This document shows positions 39,023 to 47,782 of a stretch of DNA of 64,000 nucleotides, piece by piece. Origin of the DNA: a bacterium (GTDB lineage: Bacteria > Patescibacteriota > Minisyncoccia > Phycocordibacterales > CAIZIN01). Every line of letters starts with the position of its first letter. Position 1 is the first letter of the stretch. The DNA lies in assembly GCA_037131675.1 (NCBI GenBank), contig JBAXQO010000001.1:25795-89794 (forward strand), written 5' to 3'. The position numbers and the translations under genes are program-made. The notes under the pieces are model-generated. The model saw only the letters and a list, made by a program, of their open reading frames with translations, was not told where the DNA came from and did not search any database.

Positions 39023-39580
39023 TTAAAAAATACCAGACAAGCTAACCCAAACACCAAAAACCATAAGAGCTATGGAATACCAAATATCTAACATCCAATA
39101 TATTTTTAACTTATTTGCAAAAATAATAATCCAAACAAAAGGAAAAGCCAAAGCATAAAGAAATCTAAATGGGTGAAATATTCCCCATTGGGATAAAGCT
39201 TCTCTGCTTGCGATTCTAATATTTTCCACATCTGCATCACTTGGTATCGCATGAAATCCAATTGAAAAAATAATCCACACAACGACCCATAACCACAGCC
39301 CTCGCACATAAGAATAATTATTAACCAAAATGAAATGTGCACCTGCAGCACTAGAAACAATGGTAAGTATCGAATTAATAATAAGAGGTCCGATTGATAT
39401 CCAAAATGTCTGAAAATATTTAGAGGGAACGGCGTGATCAACATAACCTAAAGTTGTTCCAAATTTGAAATAGCGAACCTTATAAACTTCTACACCAAAC
39501 CAATCACAAAATTTTTTATGTGATAACTCGTGAATGATCACACCTGGAAATGTTAAGTATGAAATCAAAGTTCGAAACAT
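39023..39580 (-). CDS. Membrane zinc metalloprotease-like protein (DUF3267/M50-like)
   Basis: PGVIIHELSH, GYVDH, PSDAD; multiple TM helices. Confidence 0.65.
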   Translation of the reverse strand: MFRTLISYLTFPGVIIHELSHKKFCDWFGVEVYKVRYFKFGTTLGYVDHAVPSKYFQTFWISIGPLIINSILTIVSSAAGAHFILVNNYSYVRGLWLWVVVWIIFSIGFHAIPSDADVENIRIASREALSQWGIFHPFRFLYALAFPFVWIIIFANKLKIYWMLDIWYSIALMVFGVWVSLSGIF

Positions 39581-39718
39581 TTATTTATTGTACAGGAAAC
39601 TGAGAGAGTTTCATAAGTTTTAGAGGAAAGTAGCAGGCCGCGGTGATTCTGGTTATTTCAAAAATTTCTGATAACATCAAGTTTAGACAAACAATCAACC
39701 ATATTAGGAGAAAGTTCT

Positions 39719-40711
39719 ATGAAAAAAGTAGCAATTGTTGGTGTTGGAGCTGTTGGAACCGAGTTGGTTCGGCTGCTGGTAAAAAGGCAGTTTCCATTTA
39801 GTTCAATAGTAATATTGGCCCGTTCAGAAAGAACCGAAATCATCGACGGAGTTTCCTACCAAGTGAAGGTAGCAACCCCGGAATCATTCAACGGTATCGA
39901 TATTGCTTTCTTTGCTGGGACTGAAGGATCGAAAGGTGCTTCTCAAACTCTTGGATGGGAGGCGGTGAAAAGAGGCTGCATCGTGATTGATAACGGAGAC
40001 GACTTCAGGATGAATGAGCGGATCCCACTCGTTATCCCCGAAATCAATGCCGCAGCACTCAAGAATCACAAAGGATTCATCGCCAATCCCAACTGCAGTA
40101 CAATCATTGCTTTGATGCCCCTTGCACCTCTTCATCGAGTTGCAAAAATCAAGCGCATCATCGCATGCACATATCAGGCTGTTTCGGGAACTGGTGCGCA
40201 AGCAATTAAAGAGCTTGAAGACCAAAGCAAGGCTTGGGCGAAAAATCGACCCATGCGTGCCGAGGTATACCCGCATCAGATCGCGTTCAACGTGATTCCT
40301 TGTGTTGGATCGTTCAAGGACGAATCAGGAGAAAGCACTGAAGAGATAAAGATGCGTCGAGAGATGCATAAGATTCTTCAAGACTCTTCGATTAAGATTG
40401 CGAATACTTGTGTGCGTGTACCAGTCTTCAACGGCCATAGTATCGCGATTAATGTTGAGTTTGAAAAGATCATCGGTCCAGCCGAAGCGCGGGAAATTCT
40501 TAGACAATCGCATGGCGTGAGAGTTGTAGATAGTCCCGCAAACTCATTATATCCAATACCAATTAATGCATCAGGTCAGTTTGATGTGTTGGTGGGCAGG
40601 ATACGAAGAGATCCGAGCATTGAAAACGGTCTAATCCTTTGGTGTTCGGGCGACAACATCTGGAAAGGTGCTGCTCAAAATGCAATACAGATTGCTGAAC
40701 AGTTAATATAA
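39719..40711 (+). CDS. asd: Aspartate-semialdehyde dehydrogenase
   Basis: IANPNCST, YQAVSGTG, CVRVPVFNGHS, DNIWKGAAQNA. Confidence 0.96.
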   Translation: MKKVAIVGVGAVGTELVRLLVKRQFPFSSIVILARSERTEIIDGVSYQVKVATPESFNGIDIAFFAGTEGSKGASQTLGWEAVKRGCIVIDNGDDFRMNERIPLVIPEINAAALKNHKGFIANPNCSTIIALMPLAPLHRVAKIKRIIACTYQAVSGTGAQAIKELEDQSKAWAKNRPMRAEVYPHQIAFNVIPCVGSFKDESGESTEEIKMRREMHKILQDSSIKIANTCVRVPVFNGHSIAINVEFEKIIGPAEAREILRQSHGVRVVDSPANSLYPIPINASGQFDVLVGRIRRDPSIENGLILWCSGDNIWKGAAQNAIQIAEQLI

Positions 40712-40717
40712 AACCCC

Positions 40718-40751
40718 AAGAGTTGGCGGAGAAATCCACCAACTCTTTTTT
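40718..40751 (+). terminator. Terminator after asd
   Basis: AAGAGTTGGCGGA-GAAA-TCCACCAACTCTT plus a T tract. Confidence 0.75.
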
Positions 40752-40870
40752 ATGGATTGACCAAATCCTGTTTTAGTTGTAATGTTTGGCCCACGATACC
40801 TGAGTAGGTGTCTCGTTCTTTTACAGAACAATTCAGTCAATCAACTTAAACTGAGGTACATAATAAACAT

Positions 40871-42259
40871 ATGGGGCAAAACACCCTGTTTGATAAAGTC
40901 TGGGATCTGCACACTGTGCGGAGTCTCGGTGGCCAAGATCAGATCTTGGTGGGTACGCATTTAATCCATGAGGTCACGTCTCCCCAGGCGTTTCCCATGA
41001 TCGAAGAACGCGACCTTTGCGTGCGCTTTCCGAAGCGTACGTTTGCCACGGTGGATCACATCGTGCCAACCGACGTGCGTTCGCGTCCTCTCCAGGACCC
41101 GATCGCGGAAACCATGCTCCAACACTTGGAGCGCAACACATCGAAACACAACATCGCCTTGTTCAACCTTGGAGACAAAGATCAAGGAATCGTACACATC
41201 ATCGGACCGGAATTGGGAATCACCCAACCCGGAATGGTGATCGCCTGCGGCGATAGCCACACCTCCACACACGGAGCGTTTGGTGCCATCGCCCTCGGCA
41301 TCGGAACAACTCAAATCGCATGCGTTCTGGCAACAGGATGTCTGCTTCTCGAGCGTCCGAAAGTGCGCAAGATCCAAATCGACGGTGCGCTCGGAGAAAG
41401 CGTAACTGCAAAAGACATCATTCTTGCGATCATCAATCGTTTGGGAGTCAAAGGTGGTATCGGCTTCGCTTACGAGTTTGCCGGCAGCGCCATCAGAGAG
41501 CTCGATATGGAAGCTCGCATGACGATCTGCAACATGTCGATCGAAGGCGGCGCGCAGTGCGGTTACATCAATCCGGATGAACACACCATCGAATATCTGC
41601 ATGATCGGAAATACGTGCCGAAAGGTAACAATTACCAAAAAGCAGTGACGTGGTGGCTCAGTCTCGCATCGGGACCCGACGCGGAATACGACGATATCTT
41701 CGAACTTCCCGCAGAGGAAATCGAACCTATGATGACTTATGGGATCACTCCCGGACAGTCAATCGGCGTTAGCCAAATCATCCCAATCAACGCACCACAA
41801 GATGCACTTGATTATATGCTTCTTGAAGCAGGTAAACCTCTTCTCGGAACAGAAGTGGACGTTGCTTTCATCGGCTCATGCACTGAAGGTCGCATTAGCG
41901 ACTTCCGCGAAGCGGCAAATCTGATCAAGCGATACGGACTCAAAGTTGCACCTGGCGTTACCGCCCTTGCTGTTCCTGGTTCTGAAGCCGTTCGCCGTCA
42001 GGCTGAACAAGAAGGTCTCCACAAGATCTTCATCGAATCAGGATGGCAGTGGCGTGAGGCAGGTTGCAGCATGTGTTTAGCAATGAATCCCGACAAACTC
42101 AGGGGGAGCCAGTTGTGTGCATCAAGTTCAAATCGGAACTTCAAGGGTCGGCAAGGAAGCCCAACAGGGCGTACAGTGCTGATGTCATCGTTGTCAGTTG
42201 TCGCATGTGCGACGGCTGGGAAGATCGCAGACGTTCGTGAAATCATCGGAAGGAACTAA
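40871..42259 (+). CDS. leuC: 3-isopropylmalate dehydratase large subunit
   Basis: [39 protein letters not shown]. Confidence 0.96.
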   Translation: MGQNTLFDKVWDLHTVRSLGGQDQILVGTHLIHEVTSPQAFPMIEERDLCVRFPKRTFATVDHIVPTDVRSRPLQDPIAETMLQHLERNTSKHNIALFNLGDKDQGIVHIIGPELGITQPGMVIACGDSHTSTHGAFGAIALGIGTTQIACVLATGCLLLERPKVRKIQIDGALGESVTAKDIILAIINRLGVKGGIGFAYEFAGSAIRELDMEARMTICNMSIEGGAQCGYINPDEHTIEYLHDRKYVPKGNNYQKAVTWWLSLASGPDAEYDDIFELPAEEIEPMMTYGITPGQSIGVSQIIPINAPQDALDYMLLEAGKPLLGTEVDVAFIGSCTEGRISDFREAANLIKRYGLKVAPGVTALAVPGSEAVRRQAEQEGLHKIFIESGWQWREAGCSMCLAMNPDKLRGSQLCASSSNRNFKGRQGSPTGRTVLMSSLSVVACATAGKIADVREIIGRN

Positions 42260-42264
42260 ACACC

Positions 42265-42876
42265 ATGTTGAAAAAAATCAGACAAATCTCGGGCGGTGCT
42301 TTTCATCTCCCGGGCAACGACATCGATACCGACCGGATCATTCCGGCACGGTTCCTCAAGTGCGTGACCTTCCAAGGTCTCGGCAACCATGTCTTCGAGG
42401 ACGATCGCGCTCAGCTTAATGGGCGCCATCCCTTCGACGACAAGTCCAACAAGGGGTGCAATATCCTCGTGGTGGACGAAAACTTCGGTTCCGGCTCGAG
42501 CCGTGAACATGCAGTTCCTGCTCTCACTCAGTGGGGCATTCAGGCAATCATCGGCCTTTCGTTCGCTGCGATCTTTCGTGGCAACGCGGTCGGCAACGGC
42601 TTGGCATGCGTCACGGTGACCAAGGAAGAACACGAGTGGATCACTCGTTGTGTGACCGGCATCGGAGGAACCATCTTCCGGGTCGACTTGGAACAAATGA
42701 AAGTGCTCATGTTCCAGGGAATGCCACACGACCCTTCCTACGGCACATGCGAAATGCCGGACTCACACCGCGAAAAGCTGATTACTGGAACCTGGGACGA
42801 TATCGCGACCTGCCTCACCGCAGAAAGCGCGATCGAAGAAACGGCGGCTCGTCTGCCGTACTTCGCCGGCGTTTAA
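42265..42876 (+). CDS. leuD: 3-isopropylmalate dehydratase small subunit
   Basis: DIDTDRIIPARFL, NFGSGSSREHA, SFAAIF. Confidence 0.95.
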   Translation: MLKKIRQISGGAFHLPGNDIDTDRIIPARFLKCVTFQGLGNHVFEDDRAQLNGRHPFDDKSNKGCNILVVDENFGSGSSREHAVPALTQWGIQAIIGLSFAAIFRGNAVGNGLACVTVTKEEHEWITRCVTGIGGTIFRVDLEQMKVLMFQGMPHDPSYGTCEMPDSHREKLITGTWDDIATCLTAESAIEETAARLPYFAGV

Positions 42877-42910
42877 CCGGATCAGACTCCAGGATTGTTC
42901 CTGCATAAAC

Positions 42911-42946
42911 TACCTTGTCTCCCAAAAAGGGGCGAGGTATTTTTTT
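42911..42946 (+). terminator. Terminator after leuD
   Basis: TACCTTGTCTCC...GGGGCGAGGTA followed by T7. Confidence 0.65.
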
Positions 42947-43035
42947 ATATATAAATTGACTAAATCTCAAAAAAGATTAAGGTTGGTGTGGGTAATAATA
43001 AAGACCTAGTTCTTTTAGACAACAATAAAGGAAAG

Positions 43036-44016
43036 TTATGACATCTTAAACACAAAAGGATAAGGTATATATTCAGAGACAAACTTTTGTAGATCGTTCA
43101 TTTTCAATGGGGTAAATATAAAATTGAAAGAATTTATCGATATGTTGTAATTAATCATATCGACAATTTCTCTGTTTACTGGAGAAATAATTTCCTTGAT
43201 ATCTCTTCTGAAAAGCATGACTGCCAAATTTCTTGTGAGTGGAAAGTATAGTTCCACATGAAGACTCATCAGATTTTTGTAACCATTGTAAAAATCCACC
43301 TTTTCTTTCGGTACAAAATATACAACCGGACAATCAGAAGTTATAAAATGCCTTTTATTATTTGAACGAACTATTGTCATGGTCATCCCTGAAAAAATAC
43401 CCAAATGTTTCTCGATTCCTAGGAGCGCATATTTCAGAAAGTATCCATTAGGATATTCAAAGTTATATTTTTTATCTACTATCATCTTTCTCATTTTTTC
43501 AGCTTCTTCCTCAGATATATCTTCTCCTGATATCTCTTTATAGTCTGCAACGATTTCTTTTGCTGATTTTCTTTTATAATCTTCAGACATGAAGTGCTTT
43601 TTCATTAAAGAATCCATCTCTTCAATTTGAGCCTTAAACTGTGGAGTTCTCAATCTCATACACGATAGAAAGAGGCATATCTTTTGCTTTAAATCTTGGT
43701 TAATTTCTGCACCATCTGGCATTTTTTCTATTTCTGAGATTATCGAACTATAATCAGATTCTCCTAGATCGGAAAATATTTGTTCAATATCATCGTTTTT
43801 AACCCCTTCTATTTCAAGAGTGTATAAATTATTTTCAAGCCCGATATTTTTTAAACCTTCTTCTCCTTTAACACCAAAGATTCTTTTATCTTCCGTGACT
43901 GATTTGTCTTTAAAGAATTTTTCTCCTTTCTTATATACAAATAGGGTGCCATCCAAGAGAAAATGTTTAAGGTATGTCTGAGGTATATAATGATTTCTTG
44001 TTGTTATTTCCGTCAT
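43036..44016 (-). CDS. DUF4238-like protein
   Basis: NHYIPQTYLKHF N-terminus, RTP, FITSDCPV, YFPLT. Confidence 0.75.
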   Translation of the reverse strand: MTEITTRNHYIPQTYLKHFLLDGTLFVYKKGEKFFKDKSVTEDKRIFGVKGEEGLKNIGLENNLYTLEIEGVKNDDIEQIFSDLGESDYSSIISEIEKMPDGAEINQDLKQKICLFLSCMRLRTPQFKAQIEEMDSLMKKHFMSEDYKRKSAKEIVADYKEISGEDISEEEAEKMRKMIVDKKYNFEYPNGYFLKYALLGIEKHLGIFSGMTMTIVRSNNKRHFITSDCPVVYFVPKEKVDFYNGYKNLMSLHVELYFPLTRNLAVMLFRRDIKEIISPVNREIVDMINYNISINSFNFIFTPLKMNDLQKFVSEYIPYPFVFKMS

Positions 44017-44091
44017 AATTAAGATTATACTAGAAGATCCTCGTGCTATCACGAGGATCTTCTATGCGACGTATGTCGTGCTACCTGCTGT

Positions 44092-44292
44092 TGGCGGAGA
44101 GAGGGAGAGTTTCTCCTTCGACTCAAAACTTTTTCGCCAAAAAGTTTTGGTCTAGGCACCGCCTCATGAATTTCTTTTGCTAAAGAAATTCTATTCCGGC
44201 GTTTGAATCTCCCAAAAAACTGCTACCCAGCATTTTTTTCTCTCCTCAAAAAGAAAAACCCTTTCGGGTTTTCTTTTGCGGAGAGAGGGAGA
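44092..44292 (-). mobile_element. 184-nt structured insertion with duplicated tRNA-Ser 3' end (copy 3)
   Basis: 15-nt direct repeat GCGGAGAGAGGGAGA (44094-108, 44278-292); inverse GTTTGAATCTCCC (44201-213); GCCGGAAT..ATGAGGC helix; only the distal copy ends in CCA. Confidence 0.7.
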
Positions 44293-44365
44293 TTCGAACT
44301 CCCGGGACCAATTAAGGTCCGGCGGTTTAGTAAACCGCTGGTTTAAACCACTCACCCATCTCTCC
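44279..44365 (-). tRNA. tRNA-Ser with ACT anticodon (long variable arm)
   Basis: Acceptor GGAGAGA/TCTCTCC, G73; anticodon arm GCGGT-TTACTAA-ACCGC; variable arm GGACC/GGTCC; T arm GGGAG-TTCGAAT-CTCCC. Confidence 0.9.
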
Positions 44366-44493
44366 ATATATTCCACTTCGTACTTTCACTTTACTTCTCT
44401 CCTTCGATAAACATATTAACTAAAAAAACTAAATATTACCAGAGCAAATAAAAAGCCACAAAATGTGGCTTTTTGTTTTTGAAAAATCAAAAT

Positions 44494-44598
44494 CTACTTG
44501 TTTTTTGCAAGTCGTGCATGCTTAGCCACGAGTCGCTTTTTAGTTTTTGTAGAACGAGATTTTTTGTTTTTAATATCTTGACTTACTCTTTTTGCCAT
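44494..44598 (-). CDS. 34-aa highly basic small protein (not in the ORF track)
   Basis: MAKRVSQDIKNKKSRSTKTKKRLVAKHARLAKNK; TATAGT 9 nt upstream; terminator hairpin at about 44451-44474. Confidence 0.65.
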   Translation of the reverse strand: MAKRVSQDIKNKKSRSTKTKKRLVAKHARLAKNK

Positions 44599-44710
44599 AT
44601 ACTCATAACTATACACCATTAGAAAACAATAATAAAGAGTTATTTCTCATACACTAAGTGCGTTAAATAATTCAGCTGCATCTTCTTCGTTTTCAGCACT
44701 ACATTATATT

Positions 44711-45364
44711 TTATTGACTAAGATTAAATTTGGCAGCCTCTTCCAATAAATAGATAACTTCTTCATCTGACGTTTGGTTAAATTCCTTATACCACCCTCC
44801 AACAGAGACTAGATCTTCTACTTCTTTTAAACAAACAACATAATCAACTAGATCTCTCAGTTTTTTTGCAGCATCTTTGCTACACACCGGTGAAGCAAAG
44901 ATAATAGTTTTTGGTTTTTGGATAATTTTTACAGATTCAATCGCAGCTAAAGCAGTCACTCCAGTTGCAAGCCCGTCATCCACTATAATCACAGTATCGG
45001 TAACAACATTTTTGCTGTATTCTCCACTATTATAGTGAACCATTCTTCGATCCATTTCTTTTAATTCATTTTCTACAATAATATCAATGTCTTCTCTCTT
45101 TAAGTCTAAAGATTGAATAGAAGAATTATTAAAAATAATAATGTCACCAGGAGCAATTGCACCTACACCAAACTCAGGATCTGCTGGTGAACTAATTTTT
45201 CTAGCAACAATTGTATCTAGCGGCGAGTTTAGTTTTTTTGCAATTTCAAATCCAACAGGCACTCCACCCCTAGGTAAAGCAAGAACAACTAAATTATCTG
45301 ATTTATAAGATAATAATAGCTCTGCTAACTGCTTCCCAGCTTCTGTTCTATCTTTAAATTCCAT
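44711..45364 (-). CDS. Type I phosphoribosyltransferase family protein
   Basis: FKDRTEAG, LPRGGVPV, IVDDGLATG. Confidence 0.9.
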   Translation of the reverse strand: MEFKDRTEAGKQLAELLLSYKSDNLVVLALPRGGVPVGFEIAKKLNSPLDTIVARKISSPADPEFGVGAIAPGDIIIFNNSSIQSLDLKREDIDIIVENELKEMDRRMVHYNSGEYSKNVVTDTVIIVDDGLATGVTALAAIESVKIIQKPKTIIFASPVCSKDAAKKLRDLVDYVVCLKEVEDLVSVGGWYKEFNQTSDEEVIYLLEEAAKFNLSQ

Positions 45365-45371
45365 ATTTTTA

Positions 45372-45611
45372 CTATTTCATAAGATCAGATTTCTTCTGCT
45401 CGAATTCTTCTTTATTTATTTCTCCCTTTGCATAGCGCTCTTTTAGTATATCTACCGCCTCATCTTTTTCCTCATGCCAACCATGATACATTCCACGATA
45501 TCGCGGACCTCTAATAAGCCTGATTATCACTCCAATTATTATGACCAAAAAAATAATCCACAAAATACCTCCCAATGGTTCAAAACCATACATTCCATAT
45601 GATCCACACAT
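45372..45611 (-). CDS. SHOCT-domain membrane protein
   Basis: One TM helix; ILKERYAKGEINKEEFE. Confidence 0.85.
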   Translation of the reverse strand: MCGSYGMYGFEPLGGILWIIFLVIIIGVIIRLIRGPRYRGMYHGWHEEKDEAVDILKERYAKGEINKEEFEQKKSDLMK

Positions 45612-45821
45612 AATATTTTTGATTAGAAATTTTTAATAAACAACAAAATACCACCACCACAAAGTCGACCTTTGTTTTTAGTGACTTCCTAATTCTATTT
45701 TGTTGAGATTAAAGATTTGATGAACTCACAATAAAATTCATTAACAAACCCTTACATTTTCACTTCTTTATAATACCTATGAAACAGAGCAATAATAGGG
45801 CCTACATGGTACAATATTCTC

Positions 45822-46688
45822 GTGAAAAATTTATTCTCAAAAACACGTGTTTACGCGGCAATAGGAACATTTTGTCTACTTGCTCTAACAGGCTATGGCG
45901 AATACAACTACTACTCCCTTAAAAACCACACAAACGAAGTAGAACTCAACCTTGAACAAGCACTCAAAGAACTTTCTACCCTACAAACAGAAAACGTAGA
46001 CCTCACTTCAAAACTATCGCAAGAAAAACAGACAAACGATTCTTTTACGGAACAGATAGGTAAAATTTCTTCTTCCGTCGGAACACTAGAAAAACTCTAC
46101 AAAACAGACCCTCAACTTTTACAAAAATATTCAAAAATATATTTCCTAAATGAAAATTATATTCCTTCAAATCTTACAGAAATAGATTCAAAATACTTGA
46201 GTGATGCAAAGAAAACTCTTCAAATCCATTCTGGAGTATGGCCACACCTCAAGCAGATGTTTGTAGATGCCGAGGATGATGGGGTTAATCTTAGGGTTAT
46301 TTCTGCATATAGATCATTTAACACACAAGCCGCGGTAAAACTTGAATACAAAACCCTTTATGGATCCGGTGCAAATAAATTCTCTGCGGACCAAGGATAT
46401 TCTGAACACCAACTCGGTACCACCGTAGACCTAGACACAGTAAGTTCTACAACAACACTCAAAACATCATTTGAAAAAACAAAAGCTTTTGAATGGTTAA
46501 ATAAAAATGCATATAAATATGGATTCACACTTTCATATCCTAAGAAAAATACATATTACCAATTTGAACCTTGGCATTGGAGATTTGTGGGAGTTAATCT
46601 TGCAAAAAAACTTCACGAGAATGGTCAATATTTTTATGAAATGGACCAACGAACAATAAACACATATTTAGCAAACTTTTTTGATTAA
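45822..46688 (+). CDS. D-Ala-D-Ala carboxypeptidase (M15B/VanY-like)
   Basis: N-terminal TM plus coiled coil; SAYRS, SEHQLGTTVD, EPWHWRF. Confidence 0.9.
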   Translation: MKNLFSKTRVYAAIGTFCLLALTGYGEYNYYSLKNHTNEVELNLEQALKELSTLQTENVDLTSKLSQEKQTNDSFTEQIGKISSSVGTLEKLYKTDPQLLQKYSKIYFLNENYIPSNLTEIDSKYLSDAKKTLQIHSGVWPHLKQMFVDAEDDGVNLRVISAYRSFNTQAAVKLEYKTLYGSGANKFSADQGYSEHQLGTTVDLDTVSSTTTLKTSFEKTKAFEWLNKNAYKYGFTLSYPKKNTYYQFEPWHWRFVGVNLAKKLHENGQYFYEMDQRTINTYLANFFD

Positions 46689-46720
46689 ACTCAAGAAAAT
46701 ATTAAAAAGATAGAGATTAT

Positions 46721-46763
46721 ATAAAACAAAAATGACACACCACGTGTGTCATTTTTGTTTTAT
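46721..46763. terminator. Bidirectional terminator
   Basis: 20-bp perfect inverted repeat with a 3-nt loop. Confidence 0.8.
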
Positions 46764-46777
46764 TCTTTCAATTAAAA

Positions 46778-47356
46778 TTATTTCTTCTTTGCTACAACTT
46801 TTTTCTTTGGAGCAATTTTGGTGTCTGATTTTTTTGAAACAACAGGAGTCTTCTTTATTTCTTTCTTAGGACCAGCAACTACTTTTTCAACTTTTTTTTC
46901 TACATTAACCTGTATTGGAGAAACAACAGGAGCAGCAACATTCTTGCTAAGTAGTTCTATTAATTTATCTAATTTAACATTTAAAGTCTCAAACTGACGC
47001 TTAGAGTCGTCAAACTGAGGTCTTACTTGTGGTTGAGCTGGAGAAAAATCTCTCTTAGGATATTCACGTTTTGGCGCAAAATCTCTCTTAGGATAATCCT
47101 CTCGTGGAGAATCCTCTCTCCTACTACTGAAACATTCATTACAATAAACTGGCTTATTACCATTTGGACGAAAAGGAACTTCGCATTGTTTATGACATTC
47201 AGCACACGTAGTACTAAACATTTCTGATTGACCATCGTTTCTACCACCTGATCGGCCACCAAAACTTGGTCTACCACCAAAACTTGGACGTCCTCCTCCA
47301 AATTCTCGCTTTTTAAAACCTCCACCAAAACCTCCTGATTTTCTGAATTCGCCCAT
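46778..47356 (-). CDS. CxxC-x17-CxxC domain protein with Gly/Arg-rich repeats and Lys-rich tail
   Basis: CAEC..CEVPFRP..PVYCNECF; GGRPSF twice; YPKRDF twice. Confidence 0.85.
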   Translation of the reverse strand: MGEFRKSGGFGGGFKKREFGGGRPSFGGRPSFGGRSGGRNDGQSEMFSTTCAECHKQCEVPFRPNGNKPVYCNECFSSRREDSPREDYPKRDFAPKREYPKRDFSPAQPQVRPQFDDSKRQFETLNVKLDKLIELLSKNVAAPVVSPIQVNVEKKVEKVVAGPKKEIKKTPVVSKKSDTKIAPKKKVVAKKK

Positions 47357-47506
47357 ATTTTTTATTATATTTTATTTATTATTACTTAAAAACAGTATTT
47401 TTGGAGAGTTGAGACTCTTAGAAAACTGATTCGCTTAAGTATAGCACAAAAATAGAAAAAAGCTAGTCTAACTAACAAAACCTACGAAAGCATAGCAGCT
47501 TATTAT

Positions 47507-47752
47507 TTAGAGCCCTAAAAGTTTCCGCTTTTCAGCTTTTGTAAGTTTCTTTATTATACATTCTCTTTTCAGAGCCTGACCTTTTGTTTCTAGAGTCTCA
47601 AAATATTTCAAACTAACAGGCCTACGAATCTTGGTGTAGTGCGCAGCAGATTTTAGATTATTGTGAACATAAAGCCTTCTTTCAAGGTTGTTTGTATAAC
47701 CAGTATAAAAAGTACCATCAGCACATTCAAGTATGTATACAAAGTAAGACAT
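47507..47752 (-). CDS. GIY-YIG nuclease family protein
   Basis: YFVYILECADGTFYTGYT..RR. Confidence 0.9.
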   Translation of the reverse strand: MSYFVYILECADGTFYTGYTNNLERRLYVHNNLKSAAHYTKIRRPVSLKYFETLETKGQALKRECIIKKLTKAEKRKLLGL

Positions 47753-47782
47753 AAATTTATTACAATCCTTTATGTAAAAGTT

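Noticed and set aside
40961-42908. Long antisense and alternate-frame ORFs over leuC/leuD (also over rpsI, dnaK, purC-purE)
   Set aside because: Shadow ORFs expected from GC-richer codon usage; no motifs or expression signals.
17590-44292. Inserts as known hammerhead, group I or group II ribozymes
   Set aside because: No CUGANGA/GAAA core, no group I P7 R/S motifs, no group II domain V, and too short. An Rfam search is still needed to be definitive.
44191-44376. 61-aa ORF, and the 68-aa ORF at 62675-62881
   Set aside because: They overlap the tRNA-Ser and tRNA-Gln genes; spurious.
47045-47290. Short direct repeats as a repeat array
   Set aside because: They are in-frame peptide repeats (YPKRDF, GGRPSF) within the CxxC-x17-CxxC protein.
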